From an uncultured Methylomirabilota bacterium (GTDB taxonomy: Bacteria > Methylomirabilota > Methylomirabilia > Methylomirabilales > 2-02-FULL-66-22): a stretch of DNA of 64,000 bases. The stretch covers positions 1,504,001-1,568,000 of the forward strand of contig OY970067.1 in NCBI GenBank assembly GCA_963705305.1, in the 5' to 3' direction. The number at the start of each line of letters is the position of its first letter. The stretch's first letter is position 1. The notes beneath the pieces were generated by a model. It was not told the origin of the DNA. It made no database searches and saw only the letters and a program-made list of their open reading frames with translations. The position numbers and the translations under genes are program-made. Below, piece by piece: positions 49,906-62,959 of this stretch.

Positions 49906-50904
49906 ATGATGTGGAGAGTTATTCGGCCACTACTTGCGACTCTGTTCGTGAGCCTGTTCGTCGTATCTCTTGCCGCCGGAGCACCGAAGGAGCCCGAAAA
50001 AATCTTTATGAAAATTTATACCGCCTATCCGCCGGGGGACGAGTCCTATGTGACCGCGATGGAATTCGCCAAGCGCGTCGCCGACTACAGCAATTCGACG
50101 ATTACGGCGGAAGTCTTCCATAGCGGGACGATGGGCGGAGAGAAGGAAACCGTGCAGGCCGTCAAACTCGGCGACGCGCAGGGTGTTACGACGGGCCTTC
50201 TTCCTGTGACGATGTTCACCCAGGACTACGGCTTCTTTGACGGCATCTACGTCTTCAAGAACTTCGACCATTTTCTGGCGGCCTGGAACGGAAAACCCGG
50301 GGAGGGAATCAAGAAGATCCTTCTTGAAAACAACCTGCGTACGATGGGAGTCTATATGCGCGGCATGAGGAACCTCTCGGCGAACAAGCCGATCAGAACT
50401 CCCGCCGACGCGAAGGGATTGAAACTCAGGACTCCCCAGGACCCGGCCATGGTCATGACCTATCAGGCCATGGGTTTTCTCCCGACGCCGATCGCACTGC
50501 CGGAGCTCTTCACTGCTCTTCAGACCGGTGTTGTCGACTGTGCCGAAGGGCCCCCCTCCCAGATGCTTTCCTATAAGTACCAAGAGGTGCAGAAGTACCT
50601 CATGATGACGGGCCACAACGTGTCGGTCGCGATGTTCAACCTGAGCGAGCGTTTCCTGCAGGGATTGAGCGCCGACCGAAGGGCGATCGTCGAAAGGGCT
50701 GCCAAGGAGGCGGTCGTCGCCGGCGGCGAATACGCGGCGAAAGCCGACAAGGAGAAGCTCGATAAATTGATCCAGGGCGGAATGACCCGAATCGAGCCGG
50801 ACCGGGCCGCGTTCATGGCCGCGGCGCGACCGGCCGTCGAAGAGCTTTTCAAGACCAAATGGAAGGTCACAAACTGGAACGAGATCATGTCGTACGCGAA
50901 ATAA
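49906..50904 (+). CDS. dctP: TRAP transporter substrate-binding protein
   Basis: Signal peptide; GMRN, GLKLRTP, ELFTALQTGVVDCAE, YQEVQKY. Confidence 0.92.
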   Translation: MMWRVIRPLLATLFVSLFVVSLAAGAPKEPEKIFMKIYTAYPPGDESYVTAMEFAKRVADYSNSTITAEVFHSGTMGGEKETVQAVKLGDAQGVTTGLLPVTMFTQDYGFFDGIYVFKNFDHFLAAWNGKPGEGIKKILLENNLRTMGVYMRGMRNLSANKPIRTPADAKGLKLRTPQDPAMVMTYQAMGFLPTPIALPELFTALQTGVVDCAEGPPSQMLSYKYQEVQKYLMMTGHNVSVAMFNLSERFLQGLSADRRAIVERAAKEAVVAGGEYAAKADKEKLDKLIQGGMTRIEPDRAAFMAAARPAVEELFKTKWKVTNWNEIMSYAK

Positions 50905-50926
50905 AAGCTCGGAACCGGCGCACAAG

Positions 50927-50955
50927 AGGGCTCCGCCCTTCAGCGGAGCCCTTTT
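50927..50955 (+). terminator. hairpin with short U tract between dctP and dctQ
   Basis: AGGGCTCCGC-CCTTCA-GCGGAGCCCT-TTT. Confidence 0.6.
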
Positions 50956-50977
50956 GGTGGAAGCATGGGGCGCGACT

Positions 50978-51478
50978 GTGATTCCAGTAATACGAAAGCT
51001 GACAGCGGCTTCCGTCGATTATCTTGAATGCGTCTGCGCCGCGCTGTTTGCTGGCATCTGTTTCATCGTGCTTTTTCAGGTAGTCACCCGCTTCATCCTG
51101 AAGATTCCGACGCCATGGTCCGAGGAGCTGGCTCGCTATCTTCTCGTTGTCCTCACGTTTCTCGGTGCCTGCATATCCATCCGAGAGGAGACGCACCTTA
51201 TCGCACTGAACATCTTCAGCGGCCGCTCGGCCAAGGTCGAGAAGATCGGTCGATTGATCGTCGCTGGAATCCTCTTGTCCGTGAACGTCCTGTTCACCCG
51301 CAACAGCTTCCGCATGTCCGCGATTGCCGGCACGGAGATGGCTTCCTCGATGGTCTGGCTTCGAACGAGCTACCTCTACGATATCATTTCGCTGGGCTTT
51401 TTGATGTCGTCCCTCTTTTCCGCGTCTCTGATCCTGGAGGCCCTCTTCGGCAACCAGCGCGAGATAGGGACATGCTAG
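50978..51478 (+). CDS. dctQ: TRAP transporter small permease (start uncertain)
   Basis: QVVTRF..WSEELARY..FLGA..H; four TM helices. Confidence 0.88.
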   Translation: MIPVIRKLTAASVDYLECVCAALFAGICFIVLFQVVTRFILKIPTPWSEELARYLLVVLTFLGACISIREETHLIALNIFSGRSAKVEKIGRLIVAGILLSVNVLFTRNSFRMSAIAGTEMASSMVWLRTSYLYDIISLGFLMSSLFSASLILEALFGNQREIGTC

Positions 51479-52773
51479 AAACGGCTCTCCTTTTTGGCGG
51501 CATCCTGTCGGCGGCTTTTGTTATCGGGGTCCCCGTAGGGTATGCCATCATCTTTACCGCGACGCTGCTCTACTTCCTCTATAATGGCGGCTCCGGCGAT
51601 TCCGCGATCCTGCTCCAACGCATGTTCGACGGCCTGAACAGCTTTCCGCTGCTCGCCATTCCGATCTTCCTGCTGACCGGCAATTTGATGAACACCGGCG
51701 GGATCACCCTGAGGATCTTTCGCTTCGCGTCGGCTCTGGTCGGCCATTTCCGGCTCGGGTTGGCGCAGGTGAACGTCGTCGCGAGCATGATCTTTTCCGG
51801 CATGTCAGGATCTGCCACCGTGGACGCTGCCGCTCTTGGCCAGGTGGAAATACCGGCGATGCTCGCCGCGGGATATGACCGGGATTATTCCGCCGCCGTC
51901 ACCGCCGCGTCGGCCACCATGGGACCCATCATTCCCCCGAGCGTCCCGCTCGTCATCTACGGCATTGTGGCGGAGGTCTCGATCGGGCGGCTCCTTTTCG
52001 CGGGCGTCATCCCCGGCTTCATCATCGGCGCGACCCTCATGATTCTGATCGCGATCCAGGGGCGGAGGGGAGGTTACCAGAGGGGCCGCTTCGAAGGGTT
52101 CGCCCATCTCTGGAAGTCGCTGAAGGAGGGCTTCCTGCCCCTCCTGACGCCGATCATTCTTCTCGGCGGCATCCTGCTGGGTGTCTTCACGCCGACCGAA
52201 GCCGCTGGTGTGGCCCTGTTCTACGCAATGGTTCTCGCCATGGCAGTCTATCGAGAAGTAAGCGTGATGCGGCTATGGGAGCTGATGAAGCAGACCTTCC
52301 GGGTGACGGTGGAGATCATGGTCATCATCGCGGGGGCGAACGCCTTCGCGTACATGATCATGAGCGCACGACTTCCTCAGGACATCGCGCAATTCGTCAT
52401 GTCGTTTTCCTTGAACAAGTATACCGTCCTGATTGTGATCAACCTCGCCCTCTTGGTCGTAGGCTGCTTCATGGAGACGGTCGCCGCCATCACGATCTGC
52501 GTGCCAGTCCTCATGCCCCTCGTGAATCACTACGGTATCAACCCGATACATTTCGGTCTCATCCTGGTGTTCAATCTCGTCTTCGGCCTCTTGACGCCCC
52601 CCGTTGGGATGGTGCTCTTCGTGACGAGCCGCATCGCAGAAATCTCCGTGTCCCGGCTTGTTCGGGCACTTCTGGTTTTCTATATTCCGCTCTTATTGTG
52701 TTTGATTCTGATCACCTTCATCGAACCCCTCTCGGTCTGGCTGCCGACGGTATTGATGGGCGCGAGCAGGTAA
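51472..52773 (+). CDS. dctM: TRAP transporter large permease
   Basis: LLAIPIF, GMSGSA, IIPPS, FTPTEAA, LTPPVG. Confidence 0.94.
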   Translation: MLETALLFGGILSAAFVIGVPVGYAIIFTATLLYFLYNGGSGDSAILLQRMFDGLNSFPLLAIPIFLLTGNLMNTGGITLRIFRFASALVGHFRLGLAQVNVVASMIFSGMSGSATVDAAALGQVEIPAMLAAGYDRDYSAAVTAASATMGPIIPPSVPLVIYGIVAEVSIGRLLFAGVIPGFIIGATLMILIAIQGRRGGYQRGRFEGFAHLWKSLKEGFLPLLTPIILLGGILLGVFTPTEAAGVALFYAMVLAMAVYREVSVMRLWELMKQTFRVTVEIMVIIAGANAFAYMIMSARLPQDIAQFVMSFSLNKYTVLIVINLALLVVGCFMETVAAITICVPVLMPLVNHYGINPIHFGLILVFNLVFGLLTPPVGMVLFVTSRIAEISVSRLVRALLVFYIPLLLCLILITFIEPLSVWLPTVLMGASR

Positions 52774-52789
52774 ACAAAGAATCCTGTGG

Positions 52790-53138
52790 TTCCCGCCTGA
52801 GTGCGACGCGCCCGGAGCGGGACCTGAGGGCCCAGCCCGCCGATATGCGCCGCCTCCTCGCCAAGCACATCCCGTAGGCCCGGCAGATGCTGCGGAAAAT
52901 GCTGGAAGACCGGCTCGATGTGACGCCCATCGAACGGAACGGCAAGATGGGAGTTCGCTTCGAGGGGAAGGATTCCTACGGCGGATTGCTCTCAGGGGAG
53001 GTCGGACTGGCGGCAGAGGGTAACACGTCTGCCACCAGCCATCGTGTCCCCAGGGGGAATTTCCTCAAATACATACCCCTGGACCCTCTGCAGCATGCCG
53101 GATTGATCGTCAGTTTTGAAGGAAGAGTGGCGGCGTAA
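52790..53138 (+). pseudogene. probable C-terminal remnant of a large serine recombinase
   Basis: DMRRLLAKHIP*ARQMLRKMLEDRLDVTP..GVRFEG..YGGLL with in-frame TAG at 52875-52877; no N-terminal domain; family call is from recalled resemblance. Confidence 0.5.
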
Positions 53139-54102
53139 CAGAGCTCTACAGGGGTTGGTGCCGAGGGACCGGACCGCCAATTGAGCAAGACAGATGTCCC
53201 CCAGAAGGGATTGCCTCTGAAGCGAGACTTGGGGACCCTTGGAGCGCAGAGATTAGCGGGCGTCTTCGGCGCTGAAGGCCCAGGACGTTTGCACAAGGTA
53301 GGGCCGTGCAAGCGCGGCGCGGCTCCCACCGAGTTGCCCTGTGTGGCGATGCCTCTCCACCGAGACGCCGCCTCTCGGCGAGAGCTAGCCCCATTCCAAA
53401 AATATCCCACCGCCAAGGACACCCAACGCTCGCGTTGGGTACCCGGAATGGCACGGCAGGGATGGGCAAAATACCAAAGGCCTCGACCCCCGTCATGTCC
53501 CCTGGGGGGCGTTGCGGTGCCCCGAATCAAAGCCGCCGAACCCCATGGACTGTGGAGCCTTGGCGTCAGGGCGGTTGAACAATTCTTTCGGTTCAAGGTT
53601 TAGCATACTGCGTGACATGGCACGAGGGATTACCTACCTTCTTCCAATTTTGACGATTTGCCCATCGATTGTTCCTCGGTGCCATGACGGAGTACAGCCT
53701 CGCTTACGCGGGGGTGCCGGCGCGGCTCCAGACCAAACAGGTAAAGGTCCTCGGCATTCAAGGGGGCCCCGACGTGAGGAGTCCAGAAGAGGCAGAGGCT
53801 GAGGCCCAGGCTGGCCTGGCGGACTTCGCGTGGAAAGCGGATTCAGCCCGGCGCCGGAAGCGGCGGCAGGGAGGCGGCCCGTGCAGGGGGCGCAGGAGGT
53901 GGACGCCGAAGGCTGAAGCCCTGCACAGGTCCCCGGCCCAGCGGGGCCGCGCTGCCCAAGGCGCTACCGCTGGGGGCGACGGGAGTGGCCGCGGAGGGCA
54001 TGCCGTCGGAGGGGGGAGGGGCCGCCGTTACCCGGGGGAGCCCGCGGCCGTCGAGACCGCGGGGGATCGTATGGCCCTGTCGGCGTCTTTGAGCAATCAC
54101 CT

Positions 54103-57100
54103 CTACACACTGCGTGCGCTGCCCGAGGTGGGCATTCTCACCTCGACCGTGTGCTCCTGACGGTCGTCAACTAGGTGAATCGCCTTGTCGTCCTGCTCAA
54201 CCCCATCAACAGTCAGACTCATGCCGCCATTTCCAGCGCTCGTCTGCAGGACGGCGATGTGGAACACGGTTTCCCGATACCGGTAGTGCACGGTGAACCC
54301 AGTCCAATGCGCCGGGAGACGCGGCGCAACTTGCAGTGTGCCTGCTTCCAGCTTCAGCCCCAAGAGGGATTCCACGATCAACCGATACATCCAGCCGGCC
54401 GAACCCGTGTACCAAGTCCATCCACCGCGGCCGGTGTGCGGCTGGAGCGCATAGACGTCGGCCGCAACGACGTACGGCTCGACTTTGTAGGCCGCCATGG
54501 CCTCCGGAGACCTGGCATGGTTCACGGGGTTGAGCATTGCCAAGAGCTCCCACGCACGCTGGCTGTCGCCCAGTGCCGCGAACGCCATAGCTGCCCAGAC
54601 CGCCCCATGGGTGTACTGTCCGCCGTTCTCCCTCACGCCCGGGGCATACCCGCGGATATACCCCGGGTTCAAGGTTGAGGTGTTGAACGGGGGGTCCAAA
54701 AGTTGGACCAGTGCACGGTCTCGGCGAACCAGCCGCCTGTCCATCGCCGCCATGGCCGTGCGCGAGCGTTCAGCATCGCCCGCCCCGGAGAGCACAGACC
54801 AGCTTTGCGGAATCGAGTCAATCTGGCACTCCGGGTTGCTCGCCGATCCGAGCGGCGAGCCGTCGTCGAAGTAGGCGCGGCGATACCACTCACCATCCCA
54901 GCCGTGCTGTTCGATATTCCGGCGGACCCGAGCCGCCTCCCCCTGGCAGCGGTCGGCGAAGGGTGCGTCCCCATGCCCGCGGGCAACCGCGGCGAACCGC
55001 AGGAGCACGTCATACAGAAAGAAGCCCAACCAGACACTTTCGCCTTGGCCGTGTTCGCCCACCAGGTTCATGCCGTCGTTCCAGTCGCCGGAGCCAATCA
55101 GTGGCAGGCCGTGCCCACCGTATCGAAGACCCAGCAGAATGGCTCGCATGCAATGCTCGTACAGGCTGGCCGTTTCCTCGGACCGGCTGGGCAGGTCGTA
55201 ATACGAGTCCTCCTCCGCGTTGACCGGGCGGCCGTCGAGGAAGTGGACGGCTTCGTCCAGCACACCCGTGTCCCCGGTGGTCAGGACGTAGCGGCTGGTT
55301 GCCAACGGCAGCCACAAGTAATCATCCGAACAGCGGGTCCGCACACCCCGGCCCGAGGGAGGGTGCCACCAATGCTGGACATCTCCCTCTCGAAATTGAT
55401 GCGCTGCGGAGAGGAGCAAGTGCTCGCGGACGAGGCGCGGCTCGGCGTGAATGAGTGCCATCACGTCCTGCAACTGGTCGCGGAAACCAAAGGCGCCTCC
55501 CGGCTGGTAGAATCCGCTCCGCGCCCACAGGCGGCACGCAAGCGTCTGATACAGCAGCCAGCCATTGGCCAGCACGTTGAGGGACGGGTCCGGTGTGTCG
55601 ACGTGCACCGCGCCGAGCGTGTGCTTCCAGTACTGCCATACCGCTTCGAGCGCGCCGCGGGCTGCGGCCGATCCCCGGAAGCGCTGCGCGAGAGTACTGG
55701 CGTCGCCGGCGTCTTGGCCGACGCCGAGTCGAAAGATCACCTCACGCTCCTGGCCGTCCGCGAGCTCGAACGTCACCTGGATCGCGGCGCAGGGGTCCAG
55801 CGCGGCCCCCACCTTGCCAGACAGCCGCGAGCGGGCCATTGCCGCCGGACTCGCAAGCGTGCCGTTCCGCCCCAGAAATTCCGTCCGGTCGCCGCTCATG
55901 GTCCGCGGCGCCGGGTCCGTGTCAAAAAAGGCGACCCGACCGGCGAACTCCGGGTTGTACGGGTTCCGGGCGAAGAGCGCGCCGCTATTGGGGTCGATCT
56001 CGGTGACCACGTGCATGGCCGTTTTCGGCCGCAGATCTCCCAGCACCCACTCCACATATCCCATGGCGGAGAGCCGGCGGAATCGGCCGGACTCGTTACG
56101 CACTCTCAACACCCCGAATTTGATCGGCGCATCCAGGGCCACATAGACCCACACCTCCGAGCGGATGCCGCCCTCCGTGTGCTCGAAGACGCTGTAGCCG
56201 AATCCGTGGCGACTGACGTACGGCCGCGGGCTGCCGCTGGGCAGCGGCGTGGGGGACCAGAAGTGGCCGCTCTCTTCGTCCCGGAGATACAAGGCTTCCC
56301 CGCTCGAGTCGCTCACCGGGTCGTTGGACCAGGGAGTGAGGCGGAACTCGTGGGCATTCTCGCTCCACGTGGTGGCCAGGCCGCTCTCCGAGACGATACT
56401 CCCGAAGTGCGGGTTCGCCAGCACATTCACCCAGGGGGCCGGCGTCATCTGCCCGGGCATGGTCGTGATGACGTACTCGCGCCCATCCGGGGTGAATCCT
56501 CCGAGCCCATTGAAGAAGACCAGATCGTGGCGAGGCGGCCCGGCGGCGGTCTGGACTTCGGCGCGGTGGGTCCGGGTCGGTACGAGGCGCGGGACCGGCA
56601 CGTCCGCCAGGCCGCGACGGTTGAGCTGATCCGCTAGCGTTCCCCGGCCGTCGGTGAGGATGGCCCGGGAGACCGCTTGCAGCAGAATGCGGTCCTCGGT
56701 CGAGATCTGGTCCACCGGTCGGACAAAAATGCCGCCCGGCCGATCGGTCACGTTGGCTTCGATGCCAGCGGCGATCAGCCCCATGATCTGCTCGTGGAGA
56801 AGCTGCCGGTACCCCGCATGGTCCTCGTTCCAGATCACCAGATCGACCGCCAGCCCTTTGAGGCGCCAGTACGCGTGGGCCTGCACGAGCTGGCGCGCCA
56901 GATCGATATTGGCTGGCTCTTCGATCTGCAGGAGCACGATCGGTAAGTCGCCAGAGATGGCGTAGCCCCAGAGACCGGATTGCCCGCGACGGTTCTTGAG
57001 GAGGATGCTCGGATTGGCACGCAGCGAGGCATTGGCGTAGAGGATGGAGCCGGCCAGGCGTCCATAGAGTTGCGCGTCGGCCTCTGTGGCATTGAGCTGC

Positions 57101-60100
57101 CGCAGGAGGACCTGGCTATGCGTCCATGCCAGCTCGAAAGCGCGATCCGCGAGCCGCCGATCCTGGTATTTCACCACCAGGGCCAAGCCCCCGTCGCGGG
57201 TCTCAGCGATGCCGGAGACCATAATTATTGTCGCCGATGCCTCCGGACCGAGCGTGATCCGGCACTGGATCGCCACAATCGGATCCAGCACGGAGCCCTG
57301 GCTCCCCGAGAGCGGTGAGGACTCGTGCATGATTTGCGGATCGCCGGCGGTGCGTCCCCGGCCGATGAACCGCATGCGGTCGGTCTCGTAGGAAATCCCT
57401 TCCACGTCTGCACCGTGCACCGCCATGAGGTGAAACATCCAGGGGGCCGGCTCGCCAATGGAGCGGGGGCGGCGCGTGCAGAGGATCGCCTGCCGCTCCG
57501 GGACGATCTCCGTCTGCACGAAGAGATTGCCGAACGCCGGGTGCAGCGCGTCCGCAGCCGGCGATGCCAGCACGACCTCCGCGTAACTCGTGACCTCAAT
57601 CGTCCGGGGTGTTCGAGAGCAGTTGGTGATGCGAATCCGCCGCAGCTCAACGTCATCCTCCGGCGAAACGGCGACCTCTGTATGGGTGTCCAAGTCGTGG
57701 CTGCGGGAGCGGAACTCCGCGCGCGCCTCCGAGAAGATCACTTCGTACGTGTCCGATCGCTTGAGCGTCGGCTGATACGCGGGAGACCAGAACTCCCCGC
57801 TCGTCACATCGCGGAGGTAGCAGAATGTGCCCCAGTTGTCGCGGGTGCTGTCTTCACGCCAGCGCGTGACAGCCAGCTCCTTCCAGCGGCTATACCCGCC
57901 GCCCGCGTTCGTGATCATCACGTGGTACCGGCCGTTCGACAGCAACTGGACTTCCGGTATCGGTGTGTCGGGGCCGCTGAACACGCGGACCGGCGTCTCC
58001 GGACCACTGGACATGGTCTGGTAATGGGAGCGCTCGGCGGTGTACGAATAGGTCGCGGTGGCCTTTGGCACCCGCTCCTGGAGCAGCAGCGTGGTGGCCT
58101 GGAATGCCGGATCCGACTCGAATCGTTTCTGCATCGGACGGTCCAGGAGCAGATGGGTCAGGGCGAGGAGGCTCATGCCCTGGTGGTGTGCCATGAACGA
58201 CCGGACGACGACACCCGATTGCCCACGGGGGACACGCGACGGGGTATAATCGATAGCCTCATAGAGACCATACTGGCCTTCCAGTCCGTCGGCGGCGAGT
58301 CGCTGCAGGTTCAGGCAGGCCTCCTCGGGTGCCACCATCAGGGCGAGCGTCGAGGCGTACGGCGCAACGACCACATCTTCAGCGAGCCCGCGTTTGAGTC
58401 CCAGGCCGGGCACGCCAAATGCCCGGTACTGGTAGTGCAGGTGCACGTCGATCGTGTTGTAGCCGCACTCCGAAATCCCCCAGGGGACCCCACGCGTTCT
58501 CCCGTAGGCGATCTGCCTCCCCACGGCCGCCCTGCACGTCTGGTCGAGCAGCGTGTGCTCATAGGTCGGCATCACCAGGAGCGGCATCAGATACTCGAAC
58601 ATCGAGCCGCTCCACGACAGGAGAACCGGCTCTCCGTCAACGCTGGTCAGGAGGCGTCCCAGGGCAAACCAGCTCTCCTGGGGCAGCTGGCGCTGCGCAA
58701 TCGCCACAAAGCAGCACAATCTCGCCTCTGAGGCCAACAGATCGTAGTAACTCGCATCCCGCCGCCGCTCACCAACGCTGTAGCCGATCGCCAGGAGTTG
58801 GCGCGCCTTGTCGAACAGGAAGTCATACTCGATCCCCGCGAGTGTGCTGCATTGCAGGGCCAGGCGCTCGACGGTCGCAATTCGGGCCGTGGCGCGGCGG
58901 CTGGCTTCCGTGACGAGCCGTCGGAGCTCCTCGCACCGCTCGCGCTCCTCCGGACCGGACCCCGCGCCGAGTCGTGCCTCGATTCCCGGCAACCACTCCA
59001 TCTCGAGCCGTGCCAGTTCGCGCAGCGTCGGGATCTCATCGGGTCCGTGAAAGTCGTTGAACGCCTTCTGAGATGGTGGCAACCCGATCCACGGCGCGAG
59101 ATACCTCAGCTCATCGAGAGCATCCTGGCATTGCCGGGCGAGGGCCCGCGCCCACCAGGTGGCGTGGCTCTCGGGGGCGATCTGGAGGCTTTTCACCACC
59201 TCCGCCGCGGAGGCCACCAGCCGATCGAGGCAGCGGAGCGCCCCCAGAAGCGTCGCGGGCCGAGACTTGGATGCGGATGCCAGATCCCCCTGCAATTGAG
59301 CGAGTTGCGCCGGAGCGGCTCCTCCCGCCGCGTCCACGAGAATCCCGAGCGTATCGCCGAGCCCGGCAAACACTCGTGCTCCCAGAATCTTGTCATCGGG
59401 CAGCACGAGAAGACCTGGCCCCAATGTCAGCAGATGGCCCGCGAGGTTCCCGCTGTCCACCGTCGATACGTAGCGCGGCGGCAGCGGCTGCAACGACTGG
59501 GTGTCGTACCAGTTGTAAAAGTGGCCGCGGTGCCGTTCCAGCGCCTCCATCGAATGGAAGGCATTGGCCGTGCGCTCGATGAGCTGTCCGGCCGGGAGGT
59601 AGCCGAAGTCGTATGCGGACAGATTCGCGAGGAGCGCCAGCCCCATGTTGGTCGGCGAGGTGCGGTGCGCCACCGCGCCCACGGGATGCTCTTGATAGTT
59701 ATCGGGGGGCAGCCAATGATCTTCCGGGCCCACGAAGGTCTCGAAAAACGCCCAGGTCTTCCGGGAAAGTTGCTGGAGGAAGCGTGTCTGGTCTGCTGAG
59801 AGCCGCGCGCCGTGGCGACCGAGCGGCCGGCCGAGCCACCACACGATCGCGGGTGAGGTAAACCAGAGGCCCAGGATGGGCCAAGCCACCCCGAACGCGG
59901 CCGGCCTCGAAAGCGTCAGATCAAGCGCTGCGGCGACCGCAAGGATGGGGGCGATCCACATCGTCCGGCAGGAGGCGGCGAGGTGTGTGCGATTCGGGCG
60001 GTCCGGGTCGCTCGACGGACTCCACTCCAGCAGGTGTGTGTGGCTGACCAGCATTCGACCGGCCGTGCGCACGATCGCGTCCAGGCTGAAGAAGGCCTCG

Positions 60101-62835
60101 TAGGGGAGACAGGCGAGCGCGAATGCCGCCTGAGCGGAGTGCCGGCCGGCCGAGCGGACCCCGGCGGCGAGATGCTGACGGAGCAGCACATCACCCGGCT
60201 TCTGAAACAGGTCCAGGATCGAGGCCATCCACGGGGGAATCAGGATGGTTCCGATCACCGCCAGGGTCCAGAGCCAGGCTGGAGACAGGACCGTCCAGCC
60301 CAGGAGCAACAGCAGAGTCAACGCTGGAGCGACGAGGCTCCGACGCAGGTTATCGAAGATTTTCCACCGGGACAAAGCAGAGAGCGGATTCTTCTGGCGG
60401 CCGGTGCCGAGGCGGGGGACGCACGGCAGCAGCCACCGCGCAATCTGCCAATCCCCGCGAATCCAGCGGTGCCGGCGGCTCACGTCCGCGCTGTAACGGG
60501 TGGGGTATTCCTCATAGAGCTGCACATCGCTCAGCAGCCCCGCTCGCGCGTAGCAGCCCTCCAGAAGGTCGTGGCTGAGAATCCGGTTCTCGGGAAACCG
60601 CCCCTTGAGGCTCCGCTCGAACGCATCAACATCATAGATCCCCTTGCCAATGAACGAGCCTTCCCGGAAGAGATCCTGGTACACATCGGAGACCGCACGC
60701 GTGTACGGGTCGATGCCCGATTCACTCCCGTACAGGCGCGCGTACCGTGACCGGCTCGTCCCTGGCAAGCTCGCCGCCACGCGCGGCTGCAGGATGCCGT
60801 ACCCCTCGGAGACACGCTGCCGCTTTTCATCGTACCGTGCCCGATTCAACGGGTGCGTCATAGTCCCCACGAAATGCCACGCCGCATCGCGCGGGAGTTG
60901 CGTATCCGTGTCCAGGGTGATCACGTACTTCACGTTCGACAAGACCGCCCTCTCCCCCACGATGAGAGAAAAACGATCCCTGGCGCCGCCGCGCAGCAGC
61001 GCATTCAATTCCGCCAGCTTCCCTCGTTTCCGCTCGTACCCCATCCAGAGCCGTTCCTGCGGATTCCATCGGCGCGGGCGATGAAAGAGGAAGAAGGTGT
61101 CGCCTGTCGCGCTCCGGTACTTTCCATTCAACCCTTCGATCCGCTGCTGGGCCAGTCGCAACAGTGATGCGTCCTCCGGCGTCGTCTCCTCCGGTGCGTC
61201 TCGGAAATCCGTCAGCAGCCCGAAGTGCAGGTGCGGGTCTCGGTTGGCCAGAAACCGCACTTCAAGCGCCTCGGCCAGCTCCTCGATGCCGTGGGTGCTC
61301 GTGAGCATCGTCGGGATCACGACCAGCGCGCGCGCTTCCGGCGGAATGCCTCCAGACAAGTCCATTCGCGGCAGGACCTGCGGCGTCGCCAGCACGGTCG
61401 CCAGCCAGTTCACCATCGCGACCGCCAGCTGACTCGCGCACACGACGGAGAGGACCCCGACCAGCGCGAGGAGCCACCCGCGCACGCCGTTGGCGTGCGC
61501 CTTCGCCAAAAGGGTGCCGGTGAGGATCACTGTCAGCAGCAGGATCGTGCCGAGGTAGGCACACAATGGGCACCGGCGGCTCAGCTTCTGCAGAACCTCC
61601 GCGGGGGACCGACGGACCTTCGTCCTGCGTTCGAGCGCCGGCACCCCCTTGTCAATCAGGTAGAACCCGACGTGCGCCGCTCGATCGTCGTGGCCATGCT
61701 TCGCCGCCCCCGCGTGGGTCAATTCGATTGCGCTGCGCGCCACCTCGCTTTCGGAGAGCCGGCTGCTCTTTGCGATCTTCTCCACCACGTGACGGTAGCG
61801 ATCGCGGGTGGCAAAATCCATCTTGTTGTAGACACCGCCGGGGTCCTCCCGCAGGGTCCGCTCGACGACGCTCATCGTCTCGACGAACTCGCGCCAGTCC
61901 ATCGCCCCCAGGAAGCGAAGGCTGCCGATGCTGTTGCTGATGGAGACCTGATCGGCGGCCTGCTGCTGGTTCTCCGCCTGCACCAGCTGCTCGATTGTCA
62001 GGCCCGACTCGGAGAGCCACTGCTCGATCCAGGTGAGCGGCAAGGCCAACGCGGGGCCCTTTCCCTGCAAGCGGCGCGCACACTCGGCGACAAACGCACC
62101 CACCATCGGCGGCCTCGACCGCGCCATATCCGCGATCACGAGGATCAGGCTCTTGGGGTCCTTCTCGGCGATCTCCGTCATCTGGTCCGCCCAGCGGTCG
62201 GCGTGGTTGCGGTCGGCGCGGTCAGCCGCAAGCCGAGCGCCAACGCGTCGGAGATTCTCGATCAACGCCAGACGCAGCATGATCGGGATGGCCCACAGCT
62301 CGCCCAACGCCAGGATGGTCACCGTCTGGTAGGCCGCGACAAAACTGCTGAGACTTTCCGGATCCACCCGCCCATCGCCGTGTGTGATCGTCTCCAGCGC
62401 GATGTCATACACGCGCGGAAGTCCAGCCGATGGGCCGCTGAGCAACCGCGGGAGCCCCCGGCTATAGCCCTTGGGCAAGTGTCGTCTGGCCGTGCGAATC
62501 TGTTCTTCGATCAGGTAGAAGTTGTCGAGCAGCCATTCCCCGGCCGGCGCGATGCGGCGGCTCGCCGTGACCGCCTCGGAAAGGAGGCTGCAGGCTCCCC
62601 GCAGGACGCCTTCATTTTCGGCGAGCCGGCTCAGCAGTTGGTCCGGGGCGCGGCTCACTCCCACCCGGTGCGCCCCCGCCAACATCTTGCCATGCTGCTC
62701 CATCTGGTCGCTGCTGAACAGCTCCGCCCGGAACGGGGGCTCGTCGCCGGCGTACTCGTGTGGCCCAGAGTTTCCGCGGAGGCGTGTCCATGCTTGGCGC
62801 ACGGTGGCGCGAATGGTCTGGCTGCCCACCTTCAC
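54103..62835 (-). CDS. ndvB: cyclic beta-1,2-glucan synthase (Cgs/NdvB/ChvB-like; synthase region plus GH94 phosphorylase)
   Basis: [83 protein letters not shown]; likely GTG start at 62835 after GGAGGAG. Confidence 0.93.
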   Translation of the reverse strand: MKVGSQTIRATVRQAWTRLRGNSGPHEYAGDEPPFRAELFSSDQMEQHGKMLAGAHRVGVSRAPDQLLSRLAENEGVLRGACSLLSEAVTASRRIAPAGEWLLDNFYLIEEQIRTARRHLPKGYSRGLPRLLSGPSAGLPRVYDIALETITHGDGRVDPESLSSFVAAYQTVTILALGELWAIPIMLRLALIENLRRVGARLAADRADRNHADRWADQMTEIAEKDPKSLILVIADMARSRPPMVGAFVAECARRLQGKGPALALPLTWIEQWLSESGLTIEQLVQAENQQQAADQVSISNSIGSLRFLGAMDWREFVETMSVVERTLREDPGGVYNKMDFATRDRYRHVVEKIAKSSRLSESEVARSAIELTHAGAAKHGHDDRAAHVGFYLIDKGVPALERRTKVRRSPAEVLQKLSRRCPLCAYLGTILLLTVILTGTLLAKAHANGVRGWLLALVGVLSVVCASQLAVAMVNWLATVLATPQVLPRMDLSGGIPPEARALVVIPTMLTSTHGIEELAEALEVRFLANRDPHLHFGLLTDFRDAPEETTPEDASLLRLAQQRIEGLNGKYRSATGDTFFLFHRPRRWNPQERLWMGYERKRGKLAELNALLRGGARDRFSLIVGERAVLSNVKYVITLDTDTQLPRDAAWHFVGTMTHPLNRARYDEKRQRVSEGYGILQPRVAASLPGTSRSRYARLYGSESGIDPYTRAVSDVYQDLFREGSFIGKGIYDVDAFERSLKGRFPENRILSHDLLEGCYARAGLLSDVQLYEEYPTRYSADVSRRHRWIRGDWQIARWLLPCVPRLGTGRQKNPLSALSRWKIFDNLRRSLVAPALTLLLLLGWTVLSPAWLWTLAVIGTILIPPWMASILDLFQKPGDVLLRQHLAAGVRSAGRHSAQAAFALACLPYEAFFSLDAIVRTAGRMLVSHTHLLEWSPSSDPDRPNRTHLAASCRTMWIAPILAVAAALDLTLSRPAAFGVAWPILGLWFTSPAIVWWLGRPLGRHGARLSADQTRFLQQLSRKTWAFFETFVGPEDHWLPPDNYQEHPVGAVAHRTSPTNMGLALLANLSAYDFGYLPAGQLIERTANAFHSMEALERHRGHFYNWYDTQSLQPLPPRYVSTVDSGNLAGHLLTLGPGLLVLPDDKILGARVFAGLGDTLGILVDAAGGAAPAQLAQLQGDLASASKSRPATLLGALRCLDRLVASAAEVVKSLQIAPESHATWWARALARQCQDALDELRYLAPWIGLPPSQKAFNDFHGPDEIPTLRELARLEMEWLPGIEARLGAGSGPEERERCEELRRLVTEASRRATARIATVERLALQCSTLAGIEYDFLFDKARQLLAIGYSVGERRRDASYYDLLASEARLCCFVAIAQRQLPQESWFALGRLLTSVDGEPVLLSWSGSMFEYLMPLLVMPTYEHTLLDQTCRAAVGRQIAYGRTRGVPWGISECGYNTIDVHLHYQYRAFGVPGLGLKRGLAEDVVVAPYASTLALMVAPEEACLNLQRLAADGLEGQYGLYEAIDYTPSRVPRGQSGVVVRSFMAHHQGMSLLALTHLLLDRPMQKRFESDPAFQATTLLLQERVPKATATYSYTAERSHYQTMSSGPETPVRVFSGPDTPIPEVQLLSNGRYHVMITNAGGGYSRWKELAVTRWREDSTRDNWGTFCYLRDVTSGEFWSPAYQPTLKRSDTYEVIFSEARAEFRSRSHDLDTHTEVAVSPEDDVELRRIRITNCSRTPRTIEVTSYAEVVLASPAADALHPAFGNLFVQTEIVPERQAILCTRRPRSIGEPAPWMFHLMAVHGADVEGISYETDRMRFIGRGRTAGDPQIMHESSPLSGSQGSVLDPIVAIQCRITLGPEASATIIMVSGIAETRDGGLALVVKYQDRRLADRAFELAWTHSQVLLRQLNATEADAQLYGRLAGSILYANASLRANPSILLKNRRGQSGLWGYAISGDLPIVLLQIEEPANIDLARQLVQAHAYWRLKGLAVDLVIWNEDHAGYRQLLHEQIMGLIAAGIEANVTDRPGGIFVRPVDQISTEDRILLQAVSRAILTDGRGTLADQLNRRGLADVPVPRLVPTRTHRAEVQTAAGPPRHDLVFFNGLGGFTPDGREYVITTMPGQMTPAPWVNVLANPHFGSIVSESGLATTWSENAHEFRLTPWSNDPVSDSSGEALYLRDEESGHFWSPTPLPSGSPRPYVSRHGFGYSVFEHTEGGIRSEVWVYVALDAPIKFGVLRVRNESGRFRRLSAMGYVEWVLGDLRPKTAMHVVTEIDPNSGALFARNPYNPEFAGRVAFFDTDPAPRTMSGDRTEFLGRNGTLASPAAMARSRLSGKVGAALDPCAAIQVTFELADGQEREVIFRLGVGQDAGDASTLAQRFRGSAAARGALEAVWQYWKHTLGAVHVDTPDPSLNVLANGWLLYQTLACRLWARSGFYQPGGAFGFRDQLQDVMALIHAEPRLVREHLLLSAAHQFREGDVQHWWHPPSGRGVRTRCSDDYLWLPLATSRYVLTTGDTGVLDEAVHFLDGRPVNAEEDSYYDLPSRSEETASLYEHCMRAILLGLRYGGHGLPLIGSGDWNDGMNLVGEHGQGESVWLGFFLYDVLLRFAAVARGHGDAPFADRCQGEAARVRRNIEQHGWDGEWYRRAYFDDGSPLGSASNPECQIDSIPQSWSVLSGAGDAERSRTAMAAMDRRLVRRDRALVQLLDPPFNTSTLNPGYIRGYAPGVRENGGQYTHGAVWAAMAFAALGDSQRAWELLAMLNPVNHARSPEAMAAYKVEPYVVAADVYALQPHTGRGGWTWYTGSAGWMYRLIVESLLGLKLEAGTLQVAPRLPAHWTGFTVHYRYRETVFHIAVLQTSAGNGGMSLTVDGVEQDDKAIHLVDDRQEHTVEVRMPTSGSARSV

Positions 62836-62959
62836 CTTTGAGGTCTCCTCCCACGCGACGGTACCGAGCGCGCGCGTCACGATTCCGGAGTGGTCAGGAT
62901 CTGGGGACACAGCGAGGTCAAGGGCCAGAAGCGTCGACGAGGCCGAGGCGTATCTGTCT

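Noticed and set aside
53140..54100. Short ORFs between the recombinase remnant and cgs
   Set aside because: No recognisable motifs or consistent coding bias.
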